Below, piece after piece: positions 39,544-53,262 of a stretch of 64,000 nt of DNA. This stretch comes from Chrysomallon squamiferum. Lineage: Eukaryota; Animalia; Mollusca. Where the stretch lies: positions 21,700,001-21,764,000 of the forward strand of contig CM022665.1 in assembly GCA_012295275.1 (NCBI GenBank), written 5' to 3'. The notes below the pieces were generated by a model. The model worked only from the letters and a program-made list of their open reading frames with translations, was not told the DNA's origin and searched no databases. The first letter of the stretch is position 1; each line of letters opens with the position of its first letter. The position numbers were made by a program, and so were the translations under genes.

Positions 39544-40524
39544 TAGGCAGGTAAGAGAAAATATTATTTTGCATATACCTTTTTTTAGTATTTATGTATG
39601 TTGTGTTTATATATTTGTGGTTCGTTATATTTATAAAATGTTCTTCAGTCTTCATTTATCTGCAGCCATGGCGATAAAAATAAATAGGTTAAATAAAATT
39701 ATTTTTATTTCCTCGTTATTATTTTGGGCGTCCTAAAGTAATTAATAACTAAGTATGAAAACAAAATAATATTGATACAAAACCCTAGAAAGCCGCCACT
39801 TTGCCACGTCACCACTAGAGTCTTGACGTCATAGTGTACGTGACAGACTGATGACAGCCGTATTTTGATTGAAAACACTAAAAAAAGAGACTACAAAACA
39901 AATTATTCCTCCTTAAATGGCGGCTTCCAAATTTCTTTTTAACTGTTTTTTTTTTTTTTTTTTTTGTTGTTGTTATATGTTGTTATTAATTAATAATACT
40001 GAACGTAAAAAAATAAATTAATTAAAACAGAGAGAAAAAAGTAAGAAATAATAACAGTAGGAAAGAAAGAAAGAAAGAAAATAAATTAATTACTACTAAT
40101 AATAAATAGATAAGTAATTAAATAAAACAATTAAAAAATGTATAGAAAATATTTAAAGCAGCATGTGTTACTGTTGTTTACTTCTATCACTATATATATA
40201 TATATATATGTGTGTGTATGTGTGTGTGTATGTATGTGTGTATGTATGTATGTATGTATATATATCATTCTGCAATATACCCCATCAAAATACAGTGCAG
40301 TATCATTCAACTATTGTCGTTTTCAGACGGAAGACGATTCATGTATCATCTATGTTATAACAGACGAGTAAGTGTTAAAAACGGGTGGGTTCTTCTGAAA
40401 GGCGATTTCACTGTGCCCGAAGGCAGTAAGTATTATTATTATTTTTGTTATTCAAATGTGTAGCTTCAATTTTTAGTCGGAATCAGATATAAGCAAAACA
40501 GGCTTAAAGTTTTGTAATGCACAG

Positions 40525-40945
40525 AAACGTAGTTTCACATTGCAAATTCACTAGTTTCGTATGTTATACGTAAAGTAACTAGTTTCATTCCTTACATAAT
40601 AGGTTCATTTGTTACGCAATGAAAAGTAGTTTCATTCCTTACACAATGCAAATTAACTAGTTTCATTTGTTACAGTGTAAAGTAATTAGTGCCATTCCTT
40701 ATACAGTGTGAAAAAAACTAGGTTCATTTGATACACAATGTAAAGTAACTAGATTTATTTTTTATACAATGCAAAGTAACTAGTTTCATTTGTCTTACAA
40801 TCTAAAGTTACTAGTTTCATATCTTGCATAATGTAAAGTAAATGGGTTCATTTGTTACATAGTGTAAAGTAACTAGTTTCATTTGTTACACAATGTACAG
40901 TAACTAGTTTCATTTGTTAGATAATGTACAGTGGACTATGTTTAT
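40525..40945. repeat. ~31-bp minisatellite (aatgtaaagtaactagtttcatttgttacac)
   Basis: Degenerate tandem copies visible. Confidence 0.8.
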
Positions 40946-41717
40946 TTGTTAGTCAGTGTATATGGAGATAGATAACTTGATTTATAAATTACTGATATAT
41001 TACATATTGCTATGTCAACTATGACTTTATTTGACGTCACTATTTCAGTATTAAAACGGGCAGAGGTATTTATTAATGGTCGTTCTCGGGAGGTAGAAAT
41101 GATACATACTTGGCACTTAACCTTCATTGATATTAACAATGTATAAAGGCAGCGTTAAACAAAGGTGTTCGAATTTCTGAAAAGGGGATGCTATTGTTAA
41201 TTTGTATTTATTTATTTAATTATCTGTTTCTTTCCTTTCTTTGTTTTTATCATTATTATTATTATTATTATTATTACTGTTATAAATGTTATTATTGACA
41301 CAAATGTCGTTATTATTGTTGCTCTTGTTGTCATTATTATTATCATTATGAATATCATCATAATCATCATCATTTATATTATTGTTGCAATTATTATCTT
41401 TGTTTACGTTTTTGTTTTTGCTGTTGTGGTTGTAGTTGTTGTTACTGCTACACTACTGTATATTAACAATCTTTAATCATCGCCATGTTTCAGGTTAGAA
41501 CACTGGGACGTGAATAATGAGAATCTACATGGCTTTTTTTTACTAAGACCACGACAACGACTCCAACTACAACCTGGAGATCTTTAAGAAAGTTCACGAC
41601 GTGGGGCCCAGCATCAAACTTTTTCTCAACGACTATGCACGGAATTGGGGTTCAGGGACAATTCAATGGCGATACGATCCCAGACCCTGTCCTTATTAAG
41701 GTGTGTCAAAATAATAC

Positions 41718-42115
41718 TCATACAAAATCTTCAAAAGAAATCCTCAGATTGATAATTCAAATCAAAATCCCCAAAATGATAACTCTCTCAAAATCTTCAA
41801 AAGAAATCCTCAAAATGATAATTCAAATCAAAATCCCCAAAATAATAACTCTCCCAACAACTTCAAAATGAAGTTAAACCAAACAAAATCTTCAAAATAA
41901 TAACAAAAAAAAAGAAGTCTTGAGAACAAAATCCTCAAAATTATAATTCAAAAGAAATCTTAAGAACGATAACTTAAAAGAAGTCTTCAGAACAATAACT
42001 CAAAACAAAATCCTCAAAATTATAACTCAAAAGAAATCCTAAGAATGATAACTGAAAAGAAATCCTCAGAATGATAATTCAAACTAAGTCCTCAAAATGA
42101 TAACTCAAACAAAAT
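41718..42115. repeat. ~27-bp minisatellite (caaaagaaatcctcagaatgataact)
   Basis: Degenerate tandem copies visible. Confidence 0.75.
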
Positions 42116-45026
42116 CTTGCGACAAAGTGGATGTAATATTATTCTGAAATTATCATAACGTCCTGGAATGAACTGTCGGGTCTCGGAGAAGTCAAATATA
42201 TAAAATACTATCTTGTTGCTAATTTCTATAACACTTTCTAGTCTTTGTTACTGTACTGGTCGAAACAGTTTTCCTTTCACATATTTACAACGAAAACAAC
42301 AAAAACGCAAAGATATACGACATCTTGTGACCGGCATTATTAATATCAGTGGCTTCTGTTCATATCTCTTAACTTATATTACAATCAAACATTAAAATAG
42401 TCACTGATTTCTTTTTCTTTCATTTAATCATTCCAACTTTTTGTTAATATAAAACGAATTGGGAAGCACATTTGTAATCGTTAATTTATCCGCGTGAATG
42501 TTCATTATTATTTTTTTATTATTCATTTTATTTTTCATTTCTTTTTCTATTTTTATTTTATTTCATTTTATTACTTTTTTTATTTATTTTAATTTTATTA
42601 TTTTATTTATTTTATTTCATTTCATTTTATATTGTTTCATTTTACGACATTATTTATTTATTTATTTATTCATTTATTTATCGTTTTCTAGAATCGGTTG
42701 GACACTCTTGCGAAAGCTAACATTCCTGTTTTGATCTTTGAGTTCATTACTGAACTTAAAGACGAGAACATACGTGCCGACTTGTTTGATAAGATATTAC
42801 GTCTGTTGTACGGTCATCCTGCAGTAGAGGGAATTATTCTGTGGGGTTTCTGGAGTGAAAGAAATTTTCAGAAAGATTTAGCGTCTCTTGTCAGTGGTAG
42901 AGAATTCAGAGTTAGTAAAAAATATTAATTAATATCATGTTTATTGAAACAAATATATCATTCGATGGTTCATTTAAAAATAATAATAATAATAATAATA
43001 AGAAGAAGAAGAAGAAGAAGAAGAAGATATTTTTAAATGATTAAATGAAAGAGAAATAACATTTTTAGAAGATTTTTTCTAAAGTAACTAATATTTCTAT
43101 TATTATATTTTAGACAAACGCTTCTGTAATAATTAATTTTATGTTTTTATTTTAGTAATATAAAACATTGATTAATGTCTTCCTAAATGAAATTAAAATA
43201 TATATAAATATATAAAGGAAGAAAAAAGATTTAATTAAAAAAAAAAACGAAACAAAAGACTAATATTATTTTTAGGTGAAATTTTCTGTAGTAACAATCT
43301 ATTTTTATATTTTAGTAAATAAACACCGCCATAATAACTAATTTTATGTCTATATTTTAGATAAACTCTATAATAATTAATTTTACGTTTATAATTTAGA
43401 TAAACGCTGCTGGAAAACGGGTCTTGGATCTTCTGGAAAATCAATGGATGACCAAAGAAACACACGTGCTGTCAGAAACAGGAAATAACTTTACCGTAAA
43501 TGGTTTCCATGGTGATTACGAAATTCGCATCACCTACAAAGGGAAAGAACTGATGGAGAATACGAGGGAGAGGTTTACGTTAGGGAAATCCCCAACCACT
43601 GTCTATTTGGCTGTGCTCAGTCCGGACGATCACTGATTTAATAGAGTTAACGTGCAGTTTTAAAAAAAAAAAAATAATAATAATAACATATTATTTCTTT
43701 AATGTTCCATTTGATTTCGTCGTGAAGGAATAAGATTGCGGCCTTCTGGTGTTTTTTAAATATATTTATTATTATTTAATTTTTTTTTTTTTTTTTTTTT
43801 TTTTTTGAACATAAAATTTAAATTAATCAGTTAATTAAATAAGTTAAATCAAATTTAAAAAATAAATAAATAAAACAGTGTAAAATGCATGGCTTATAAG
43901 TATTTTAAGTAAAATATATATGTGTATATATATACATATTTACATTAGATTACCTTGAGCAGATCTGAGCAGATTTAAAATGTCTAAACTGTAATAAAAC
44001 TTACAATTTAAAAATAATTTAAATTTATTTGTAAAGTCATCAATAGACATATATCTAGCACAGATAAAATATAAAATTACACACCGTAGGTGACAAACTC
44101 AGATTTGATAATACATTACTGGTGACAAAATCGTCCGTAACAATTGTCTGTCACTCCACTATGAGATGCTGCTCTTAGGTACATCGCTTTTTCCAGCCAT
44201 TTTTGTTATTTTAACATTGATAGTATGATAAAGTTTGGGGGCACAGATTAAAATATTTAGTTATCATTCTTCGTACTTTGTCCACACCCGAATATTTAAA
44301 CAGTTCCATCTGGTTGCTTCTTTAAAAAGTAGAATTATCTGTCTTTGTACAAAGCTGGAAAGTGTGAATGTGTGTGCATATGTGTATGGATGTGGGTTTG
44401 TGTGTGTAGGGGGTGTATGTGGATGTATGTATGTGTATGGCTGTGACAGACTACACAGGGAATTAATATCATTATAGAATTGTTTCTTGTGCTGCGGTTC
44501 CTAGATAACTATTTGTCGTTAGCAATAAAACTAAAATATATTTTAAAAATATCAACTGTATTGAGTTTCAGTGTAGATTATCTCCCTTTGAAGTTGACAG
44601 TTCTACCCCCATGAGAAGTTTACGTCTCTGTAATGTATGTTTACAATAAACAACTGTGTATAGCTGTCTCTTTAATGTATGTTTACAATAAACCACTGTG
44701 TTTAGCTGTCCCTGTAATGTATGTTTACCATGTCTTCTGTTTCTGTGTATTAAGCTACTGTGTTTAGCTGACTGTGTAAACAAGTGGACTGTAAGCTGTG
44801 TGTGTATAGAGTTACAATATCTAAAAGTTATGGCCTTGGTTATATCGTCATGATGTTAAATAATAATAATAAGAATAATAATAATCATAATAATCATAAT
44901 CATAATAATAATAATAATAGAATCAATAATTAGAATCTCTGGGAATTTTGTGTTTATTTGTACTTTCCAAGCATCCAAGATATGACGAGAGGAACATGAA
45001 ATGCTTACAACCACAGAATACAGACT

Positions 45027-46507
45027 CTACGTTGTGTTCGTTGATGACGACGCAGCCTTAGAGCTAGCTGGGGTTTGTCGAACATTCACTGATGAGACTG
45101 AAGGAATATTATCCGGCAGCGATACCAAGTCCTCCTCAGACAGCTGCGGCTGTAGAACAACTGACTTGTCTGACGTGCAGTCTTCGCTTGTCACAATAAT
45201 CGTTGGATAGTTACACTTTACTCTGAGTGATTCGGTCTGGAGGGGCTGTTTCTCCGACTCGTCGGCAATTGTGTGAAGAGGGATCCCAATAGACTGTATC
45301 CCCAGCAGGTTCGCCGGAGCGCTGACGTCGGAGAGGCTCTGATCCATAGCGACACGATCAGACGTCGACGACGACTTGTGCGTCAGTGAGAATCGTCTAA
45401 AAATAAGGTTTTTTCTGTTGAATATGCTGTTTCTGCGACTTGGTACCGACAACCGAGAACCAAACGACGTTTCTGGACGATTACCGAGCCCGTCCGTGGC
45501 AACGCTATCACTACGTCTTGAGTATTTTTCCAGACTGAAGGCTATCCTAGCAAACAGACTCGGTCTCCTGGCCATAACCCTTTGCATAGGTGACTCATAA
45601 AAAGCTGCGTTTATAGGCGGCGGTTTATCTGGTATTTTAGTTCTGGAAAGAAAAACAAAAACAAAGAAGAGGTGTATAAAAATGTTAATAATAATATACT
45701 CTTCAAACAAAGTAAGGCAACTAAAATAATAATTTACAGCTTACAAAACAGTAAGGTATTGGGCAAGCAATGTAACCGTAGTTCACTATTAAAGTTGATT
45801 TTATCATCACTAAAGATACTGAAGGACAAATGGAGGCGGGGGACGTCAGGAGTGAAATTTGGAAGATGACGCTGTTTGTTTTTTTTTTTTTTTGTATAAT
45901 GGGTGATAGCGCCGCGATGTGTTAAATATTCATTCAATAGCTGTTTCAGGGAGTATGTTGTACCCACTACTGTGTGTATATATGCTTGCCTGTATACATA
46001 TATGTACATGCATATGTATGTATTTTAGGATTTTGAATATTCTCTGTCTTGCGTACGTCTCATTAGACTCTGCATTCTGGAACGCATTGGCACAGGAGGA
46101 CAAAGTCCAATTATGACCTCATGAAACCCGTCAGATGCCGCTGACGAGACTCGAACGTATGACACCAATTCGCCCGCACTCCAAAGGCGGACGACATTAC
46201 CGTTCGGCCATAGAGACAACCTTGAAACAAAAGCTGCTCAACATAGCCGAGGGTAATCATCGCTTCACACGAAGCATTCCATTCTTTGTTTTTCGTCATT
46301 TTATTTGTAGGAAACCTGGCACTAGCAAGAATGTATTTTAGGATTTTAAATATTCTCTGTCTTATGTCTAATAAATAAATAAATAAATAAATAAATACTT
46401 ACTTCATGCGTATTATAACGATACATCCAATTAGAACAATAAACGACAAAATACCAATGGCCACCTTAAGAATAATATCTATTTTACTGGAGTCTGTAGC
46501 TAAATTT

Positions 46508-46547
<40 letters not shown>

Positions 46548-48182
46548 TAAAAAATGGTTAATGCAATCAAGAAAAACATTATTTCAACGATACCAACAAG
46601 GCACCGATATTTATGAGTGTATGTTCGAGTGAAAGTGATGTAGGTGTGTTTATAATAATGTACGTTTCTGGGTGAATTTCATGATTTTTAAATATGCATA
46701 CATATCCATCTAAATGTTTATATATCTAGGTCTACGTGTGTCTACATATGTCTACATGTATATCTACCGACATGTCTTACATATACATCTTCTGCGTGTG
46801 TCTACATATACACTATCTACGCGTCCTTGATTTACATCTATCTACGCGTGTTACATGTACATCTACCTATTTGTTACACGTACATATATCTACTTGTTAC
46901 ATGTACATCTATATGTGTGTTATATCCACATATATCTACGTGTGTTGCATGTACATATATCCACGTGTGTTAAACGTACATCTGTACATGTAACATGTTA
47001 TATGTACATCTATCTGTATGTTACATGTACATCTATCTAAGGTTACATATACATCTATCTACATGTGTTATATTTACATCTACTTACGTTTGTCTACATA
47101 TACATCTATCTACATATGTTAAGGTACGTCTATCTAAGTGTTACATATATATCTATCTACGAGTCTACTTATCCATCTAATTGTGTTACATGTACATCTA
47201 TCTACGTGTGTTACATGTATATATATCTACGTGTTACATGTACATCTATCTACGTGTGTTACAAGTAAATCTAAATGTTACATGAACATATATCTACTCG
47301 TTTTACATGTACATCTATCTACTTGAGTTACATGTACATCTATCTACTCGTGTTACATGTACATCAATCTACTCGTGTTACATGTATATCTATCTACTCG
47401 TGTTACATGTACATGTATCTACTCGTGTTACATAAACATCTATCTACGTGTTACATTTACATCTATCTAAGTGTGTTACATGTACATATATCTACGTGTG
47501 TTACATGTACATCTATATGTGTGTTACATGTACATCTATCTTTGTGTTACGTGTACATATATCTACGTGTGTTTACATGTACATCTATCTACGTGTGTTT
47601 ACATATACATCTATCTGAGTGTGTCTACATATACAGATCTACGTATGTCTACATGTATATCTATCTACGAGCGCCTACGACGTAACAATATCAATGTTTT
47701 CGTCTGGCTATCGATTATCGCTTAATAAAGTGGTCTGAAATGAGTGTTTACTTCTGCCGATGATGCAGCTGTCACCCCTGCATTCTTCGAGAAACGTGTC
47801 GCTTTTCAAACCACTGCACACCACAATCTGATTTTCCGGAGGATGCGGATGGTTACATTTTCTACTGAGAAATACAATTCGCATGCAGTTTATTCGACAA
47901 ATGCCAATATCCTTCTGCCACGTACTCCACTGACCTTCAGCTTGTTATAAGAAAGGAAAAGGTTTTTATATTTTATTTTATTTTAATTTATTTTAATTTT
48001 ATTTTACTTTTCTTTACTTTGCTTTCCCTTACGTTTATTATTATTATTATGATTATTATTATTATTATTATTATTATTGTTGTTGTTGTTGTTGTTGTTG
48101 TTGTTTTTGTTGTTATTATTTATTAATTAATTAATCTATTTATTTCTTTATTTGTCTGTTTATTTGTTTGCTTGTTTGTTAT

Positions 48183-48233
<51 letters not shown>

Positions 48234-48356
48234 GTCTTCTTTTCTACATATTAATTTCATTTCTCTTCATACTGGACATTTTTTTTTTTTTTTTTAATCT
48301 TTTTTTAACTACTATCTTTCAGTTTCTCTTCTTTTCTTTTCTTGTTTTTCTTCTTC

Positions 48357-48409
<53 letters not shown>

Positions 48410-49140
48410 AACCACATCTTACTTTCGACGTAGAAATTTTATACCTCTTTCTACTTACCTCCCAGGCGTAAATTAAACGTGTTGCTTCTGACCTCGGAGT
48501 TTAGCAAGGAACACCACCACTTGGTTGTATCGTGCGTCTGAACTTGCTTGATGACGAAGATGTACTGTTTGATCCGCGACTGCGACATTCTCGTGCCCTC
48601 TCCGCACGCGACGATGTATCGTGTTCTGTTCGGAACGTTGGTAATTATGGAGCAGGTAGACACCGTATCGTTCTGCACGAGCAGCGCCATGTCTATGATG
48701 GTGTTAGTACCAGGCAACATCTTGTTAAACTTTATAAAGTCAGTCAGACCTCCGGCTTGGTGAACCACGCAGGTGAAGGTGAAGGACATATTCAGAACGG
48801 CGTGCGTTGAAGAACCAATCAGTTCGAGAACTGAGCATTTACCTGAAAATAAATAAATAAATAAATAAATAAAAAAGTTAATAAATAAATTAAATATTTA
48901 ATTAGTAAATAAGTTAATTAATTAATTAATAAAATAAAATAAAATAATAAAAACAGAAGAGAGGTTTAAAAAAGATTTAACAGAAATGTACAAGAAAAAC
49001 AAATGCAGACAGACTGAGCATAGAGCATCTTTTTAACAACATTCTCGTGTTTTTAGTATCAGTGTGCGTACGTGCATGCACAGATATCAAATAGTTGTGT
49101 CCGTAAATAAATGAATACATAACCAAATAAATTAGCAAAT

Positions 49141-49221
<81 letters not shown>

Positions 49222-49283
49222 ACATACAAACCGCTGTTTATAAAGAAAACAAGAAAGAGAACACCACACTTAACGATCTCCAT
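45027..49283 (-). CDS. Receptor paralog C: signal peptide + 1 Ig-like + 1 TSP1-like + TM + Ser-rich cytoplasmic tail
   Basis: Exons 49283-49232 (MEIVKCGVLFLVFFINS), 48842-48459 (Ig: SFTFTC...ACGEGT...DTTKWWC), 47940-47752 (EGQWSTW..CRINC..RKC), 46493-46403 (TM ILKVAIGILSFIVLIGCIVIIRMK), 45642-45027. All introns GT-AG, phases 1,1,1,2, open frame throughout. Confidence 0.88.
46015..46217 (-). mobile_element. tRNA-derived SINE, apparently full length (~200 bp)
   Basis: Minus-strand head GTCTCTATGGCCGAACGGTAATG...GTTCGAGTCTC contains Pol III A and B boxes. The body ends ...cagagtctaatgagac...gaatattcaaaatcctaa plus a (TACA)n tail. The 3' part recurs at 24985-25070, 46338-46368 and 62765-62852. 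Confidence 0.75.
46700..47670. repeat. ~26-bp minisatellite (tctacgtgtgttacatgtacatcta)
   Basis: About 1 kb of degenerate tandem copies in the TSP1-TM intron of paralog C. Confidence 0.85.
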
Positions 49284-50136
49284 GTCACTCTGTCATGTTA
49301 GAAATCTGTAATTCAAAACATTTCATTATCATTTACATTACAGAGTATCTAAGGGTAACAGGTAATAAGGATTTATTTTTTTCTTCTTTTCTATTTTTGT
49401 ATATACGTTTTCTGTTTAAAGTATATCAAAATATACCCATGCATATTTATGTTTATGTGGTTGTGTCTGTGTGTGTGTGTGTGTGTGTGTATGTCCATCT
49501 TCACAGAGATCTCATGACCTTTGACAAATCAGCTGTATTGTTATGGCTGTAGTAAAAAAGTCTTAATGGCTGGTAAAATTAGAACAATGACGATAATGAT
49601 GACGACAAAAATAATAAAATGAAGAAGAAAATTCTGATTTATCCATCATTTATATAATTCCTACGTTCATGGAAGTATCTTAAACTGACAGTAACTGAAT
49701 GAAAACAAAATTATACTCAAATTTAAAATGGAATTTCTAGAAGCATATGCATTGTTTCTGTCATCATCATTATCACCATCTTCATCTTTATGATCATCAC
49801 CATCATTATCGTCATCATTATTATCATATCTTTATCATTATGATCATCACCATCATTATCGTCATCATTATTATCATATCTTTATCATTATCATTTCTCA
49901 TTACACCATAAATATACAGTATCGAGTGTACTTTGGGGCAGGGATAACTGAAGTAGCCAATATGGACACCCCTATGTTTCCAGGCGGTGTCGATTTGGAA
50001 CTTTTAAGAGCCAAAACCCAATAATCGTAAATTATGCGTATATTTCCAGTTTTAGAAACTTGTGTGTGACGATGTTACGAAGATGAAATATCCCTTAAAA
50101 GATGCCAGTGATAAAAACAACAAAAAAAAACAACAT

Positions 50137-51395
50137 TAGGCTGGTCTCTGTTTTGGTAGGTTCCTGGATGTAGCATGGACCAATGATTTTTAAAAAATAA
50201 AAATAGGAAATTCATTGTTTGCATACATAACAGTATATGTTTTAGAAGTTGAATATTATTATTTTTTTTTTTTTTTTTCCCCGTTGCAAAACTGGTATCA
50301 AGCATTATAATTAATGTATAAAGGCAATCATTCAAATAACACGTGATCAATTTGCTTTTTACATGTAAATATAATCTCTAATACATTGAAAATGGAAATA
50401 AATATTTAAAAAAAAAAAAGAAAGAATTATAATGGTTTCAAGTACCGTTTTACAACTACATACTCAGAACTGTCCGCTATGGAGTTTTAGCAGAGTAACG
50501 TATCCACATTATGGTACTTATTGAGAATAGTCATATTGATATTCACGCGCCAGTGGCTGTGAAAAGTATTTACTTTATTTTATTTTATTACTGTTATTTA
50601 TTTATTTTAATTTTTAAAAATTTTATTTTATTATTTAAAAAAAAAAAAAAAAAAATTATTATTATTTTTTTTGTGTGTGTGTGGGGGGGGTTTGGCTGGA
50701 GACATCGTAATAATATCTAAAATGGGTACGAGATGGTATGACGTCAAAGTTAACAAAAAAATTATAAAACATTGTTTCGAACTTTGCAGCAATTTTTACT
50801 CTATAATAGACATCTGTGTATACGATGCATTGATTAAATGCCATATTTCCCCAAATTACTTTTAATAATCCATGCAGAATAATTTGCATTATGAAGGAAT
50901 ACGAGTTTAAAAGTTTGTAAACATTGATCGGCGTTCGACGCTGCCATCTTGGATTTCGATCGGACGTTTGTGTGAGCTCGCAGAAGTTTTTAAACTTCCA
51001 AATTCAATTATTTTACGACTATTTTCTCAACTTTTTATGATTTACACTGATAAAGATAAGAATGGTTTTTCATATTATTAAATCATAATGTCCTGAGCCT
51101 TTCGTAACTACGTTTTCAACTTAATCAAACTTTTCAAACTGGATTATTTTTGTGCAAATGCGTGCATAATAAACTAAAATTATCATTCGGTATAAGATTA
51201 ATGTATTAACTTTTCTAGCTGGCAATATTCCCCGTGTCAGAACCTAACAGAAAATAACATTCAGGTGTAGTTTTCACCCATTAAATCGGCGAAATTATGG
51301 AGGTATTTTTTCCGGTTACGTAATTTGTGCCTTTACGATTTATCGTTCCTGTTGGTCCATGCTACTGAGGGGACGAATTTCCAAAGACTACCCTA
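50137..51395. mobile_element. Possible old non-autonomous DNA transposon with imperfect TIRs
   Basis: Left end TAGGCTGGTCTCTG...GTAGCATGGACCAA matches right end (rc) TAGGGTAGTCTTTG...GTAGCATGGACCAA. No TSD found. Confidence 0.35.
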
Positions 51396-51595
51396 TGTTT
51401 TATTAAGACAGAAGTAAACATCTTCATGAAGCAGTTTACCTGAATAGACTTTTTTCTTACCAGTTTCTGAAGCAGACATTTAAATAACATACAACAACTT
51501 TTTAAAAAGTAGTCTCAAGCAGATAATTCTTTAAAATCACACGCAGTAAGTAATGGTTATAAACCAAATGTTTTTGTTCATTTAACGCCATGGTG

Positions 51596-51603
51596 TGACG
51601 TCA
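51596..51603. promoter_or_regulatory. CRE palindrome TGACGTCA upstream of the putative non-coding first exon of paralog C
   Basis: Exact motif match; minus-strand donor CTG|gtaaga at ~51461. Confidence 0.35.
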
Positions 51604-52347
51604 TTATCCCTTAATCTAGTACGTCATTTGTAATTTTCTAGTAATAGATAGAGATGTTCGGTGTAGTAAGGTGAGCACATATTCACACATTCAGAAAATG
51701 AAACATTTCGAACTGATTTGATATTTATTGTATTCTTCAGCTTCTCAAATCTGCAAATGTAGCGAGACCGAGTGAGATAGAAACCCGGGGATACGTGTCA
51801 GAAATAAGTAAGGACAGTCGGTCACGTAGACGACTGGTTTTCAGGTGAAACTGTGTGACGTTTTGTGATATCCTGCCATATCGATGAAATCAATAAAAAT
51901 CCGTCATTTTGACGTGTGATTATTTTTTTTTTTTTCGCTGCAAATGAATAAACTAAAAGAAAATGCTTGTGTAAAAAATTTAGTTTTTTTCCGTTTGAAA
52001 TAGGACGTTGTTTTTTTGTTGTTATTTTTGTTGCTGTTGTTGTTTTTCGGGGGATTTGTTTTGTTTGTTTATTTATTAATTTGAATGTTTTTGAATCAAC
52101 AGATAAAATAATAATAAAACTATAACTGCGTGACAAACATGACACTTCGATCAGTTGTTTATTAAGAATGTATTTATTTATGTATGTATTTATTTATTTA
52201 TTCCGTTTATTTGCTTTATTTCTGAAAAGATTAATTATTTTAAGAAATGTATTGATTTATAGACTTTTACTTGCAAAGCACCGTTCTTTAATTAACAGAG
52301 AGTTAAGTGCTCGAAGCACACTTATACTTTATAAACAGTCCCAGAAC

Positions 52348-52399
<52 letters not shown>

Positions 52400-52639
52400 C
52401 AGAGAGGGACCAAAATAAAAACGATGCTCTATTTCTGAAATTTACTTTTATTCCTAAATCATAATTTTATTTATATTTTGAATGTCTCGCGTTGTTATTT
52501 ACATCTCGGAATATATGATGATTAACATACAAACAGATTTATTTCTATTATACAAGTATTTGTATGACTGTAAAACATTTTACTACATATAATGTATGTA
52601 ACAGATATGGTCTTATTTTTTTTAATATATATATATATA

Positions 52640-52700
<61 letters not shown>

Positions 52701-52876
52701 AGCTATTGAGCATCCGCCCTTTGACATCTGAAGAGAAAGCTGCATGAAACAAACAGAAAACATACCAAAATATTTAACTATGAACTTAATTATAAAATCA
52801 ATTTGTTTAGATAGCAGTAGCTTACGTCATGTCAGTAGTGGGTGTTAAGTTTTAGGGGTTTTTTTTTTCGTTTTTT

Positions 52877-52942
<66 letters not shown>

Positions 52943-53231
52943 ATTTGGGTATTTAATTTTATTTCATTTATCGCATTTTACAAGAAACAGAATGAAATCC
53001 TTTGGGTAAAACCAGTTTGCGTCGCCTGCAGTGATAACACTATGTATTTTTTTTTTTTTTTTTTTAACCTTTCTTTTTAGAGAATGCCTTTCAGACAAAG
53101 GGGAGAGAATCCAGCGCAATCACTACAGTATTAGTAAAATACGATAAATGAATAAATAATTAATTAAAACTGAATATCCAAATATCGAAAAAATATATAT
53201 GTGTGTGTGTGTGTGTGTCTATGTGTCTATG

Positions 53232-53262
<31 letters not shown>

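Larger units (their letters stand above)
27958..43636 (+). pseudogene. GH10 endo-1,4-beta-xylanase (CBM4_9-like + GH10 catalytic domain), disrupted
   Basis: Exon remnants: 27958-28134 (signal + NPNMESLNGW...HSGSHAVK), 40327-40425 (GWVLLKGDFTVP), 41049-~41110, 41494-41700 (EHWDVNNENLHG; KLFLNDY; HGIGVQG), 42692-42910 (LYGHPAVEGIILWGFWS), 43400-43636 (GFHGDYEI). Lesions: +1 frameshift in T8 (~41534-41541), TAA immediately after it, an out-of-frame deletion fusing LFLNDY to HGIGVQ, and absence of the N-half of the catalytic barrel. Confidence 0.85.

Noticed and set aside
46135-46217. tRNA gene
   Set aside because: A and B boxes are present but I could not fold a clean cloverleaf, and it runs into a dispersed repeat body and tail, so it is treated as a SINE head.
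51393-51427. ATG MKMFTSVLIKT as the start of paralog C
   Set aside because: It stops after 11 codons. The 52-nt segment at 49283-49232 matches the paralogous signal exons and the required phase.
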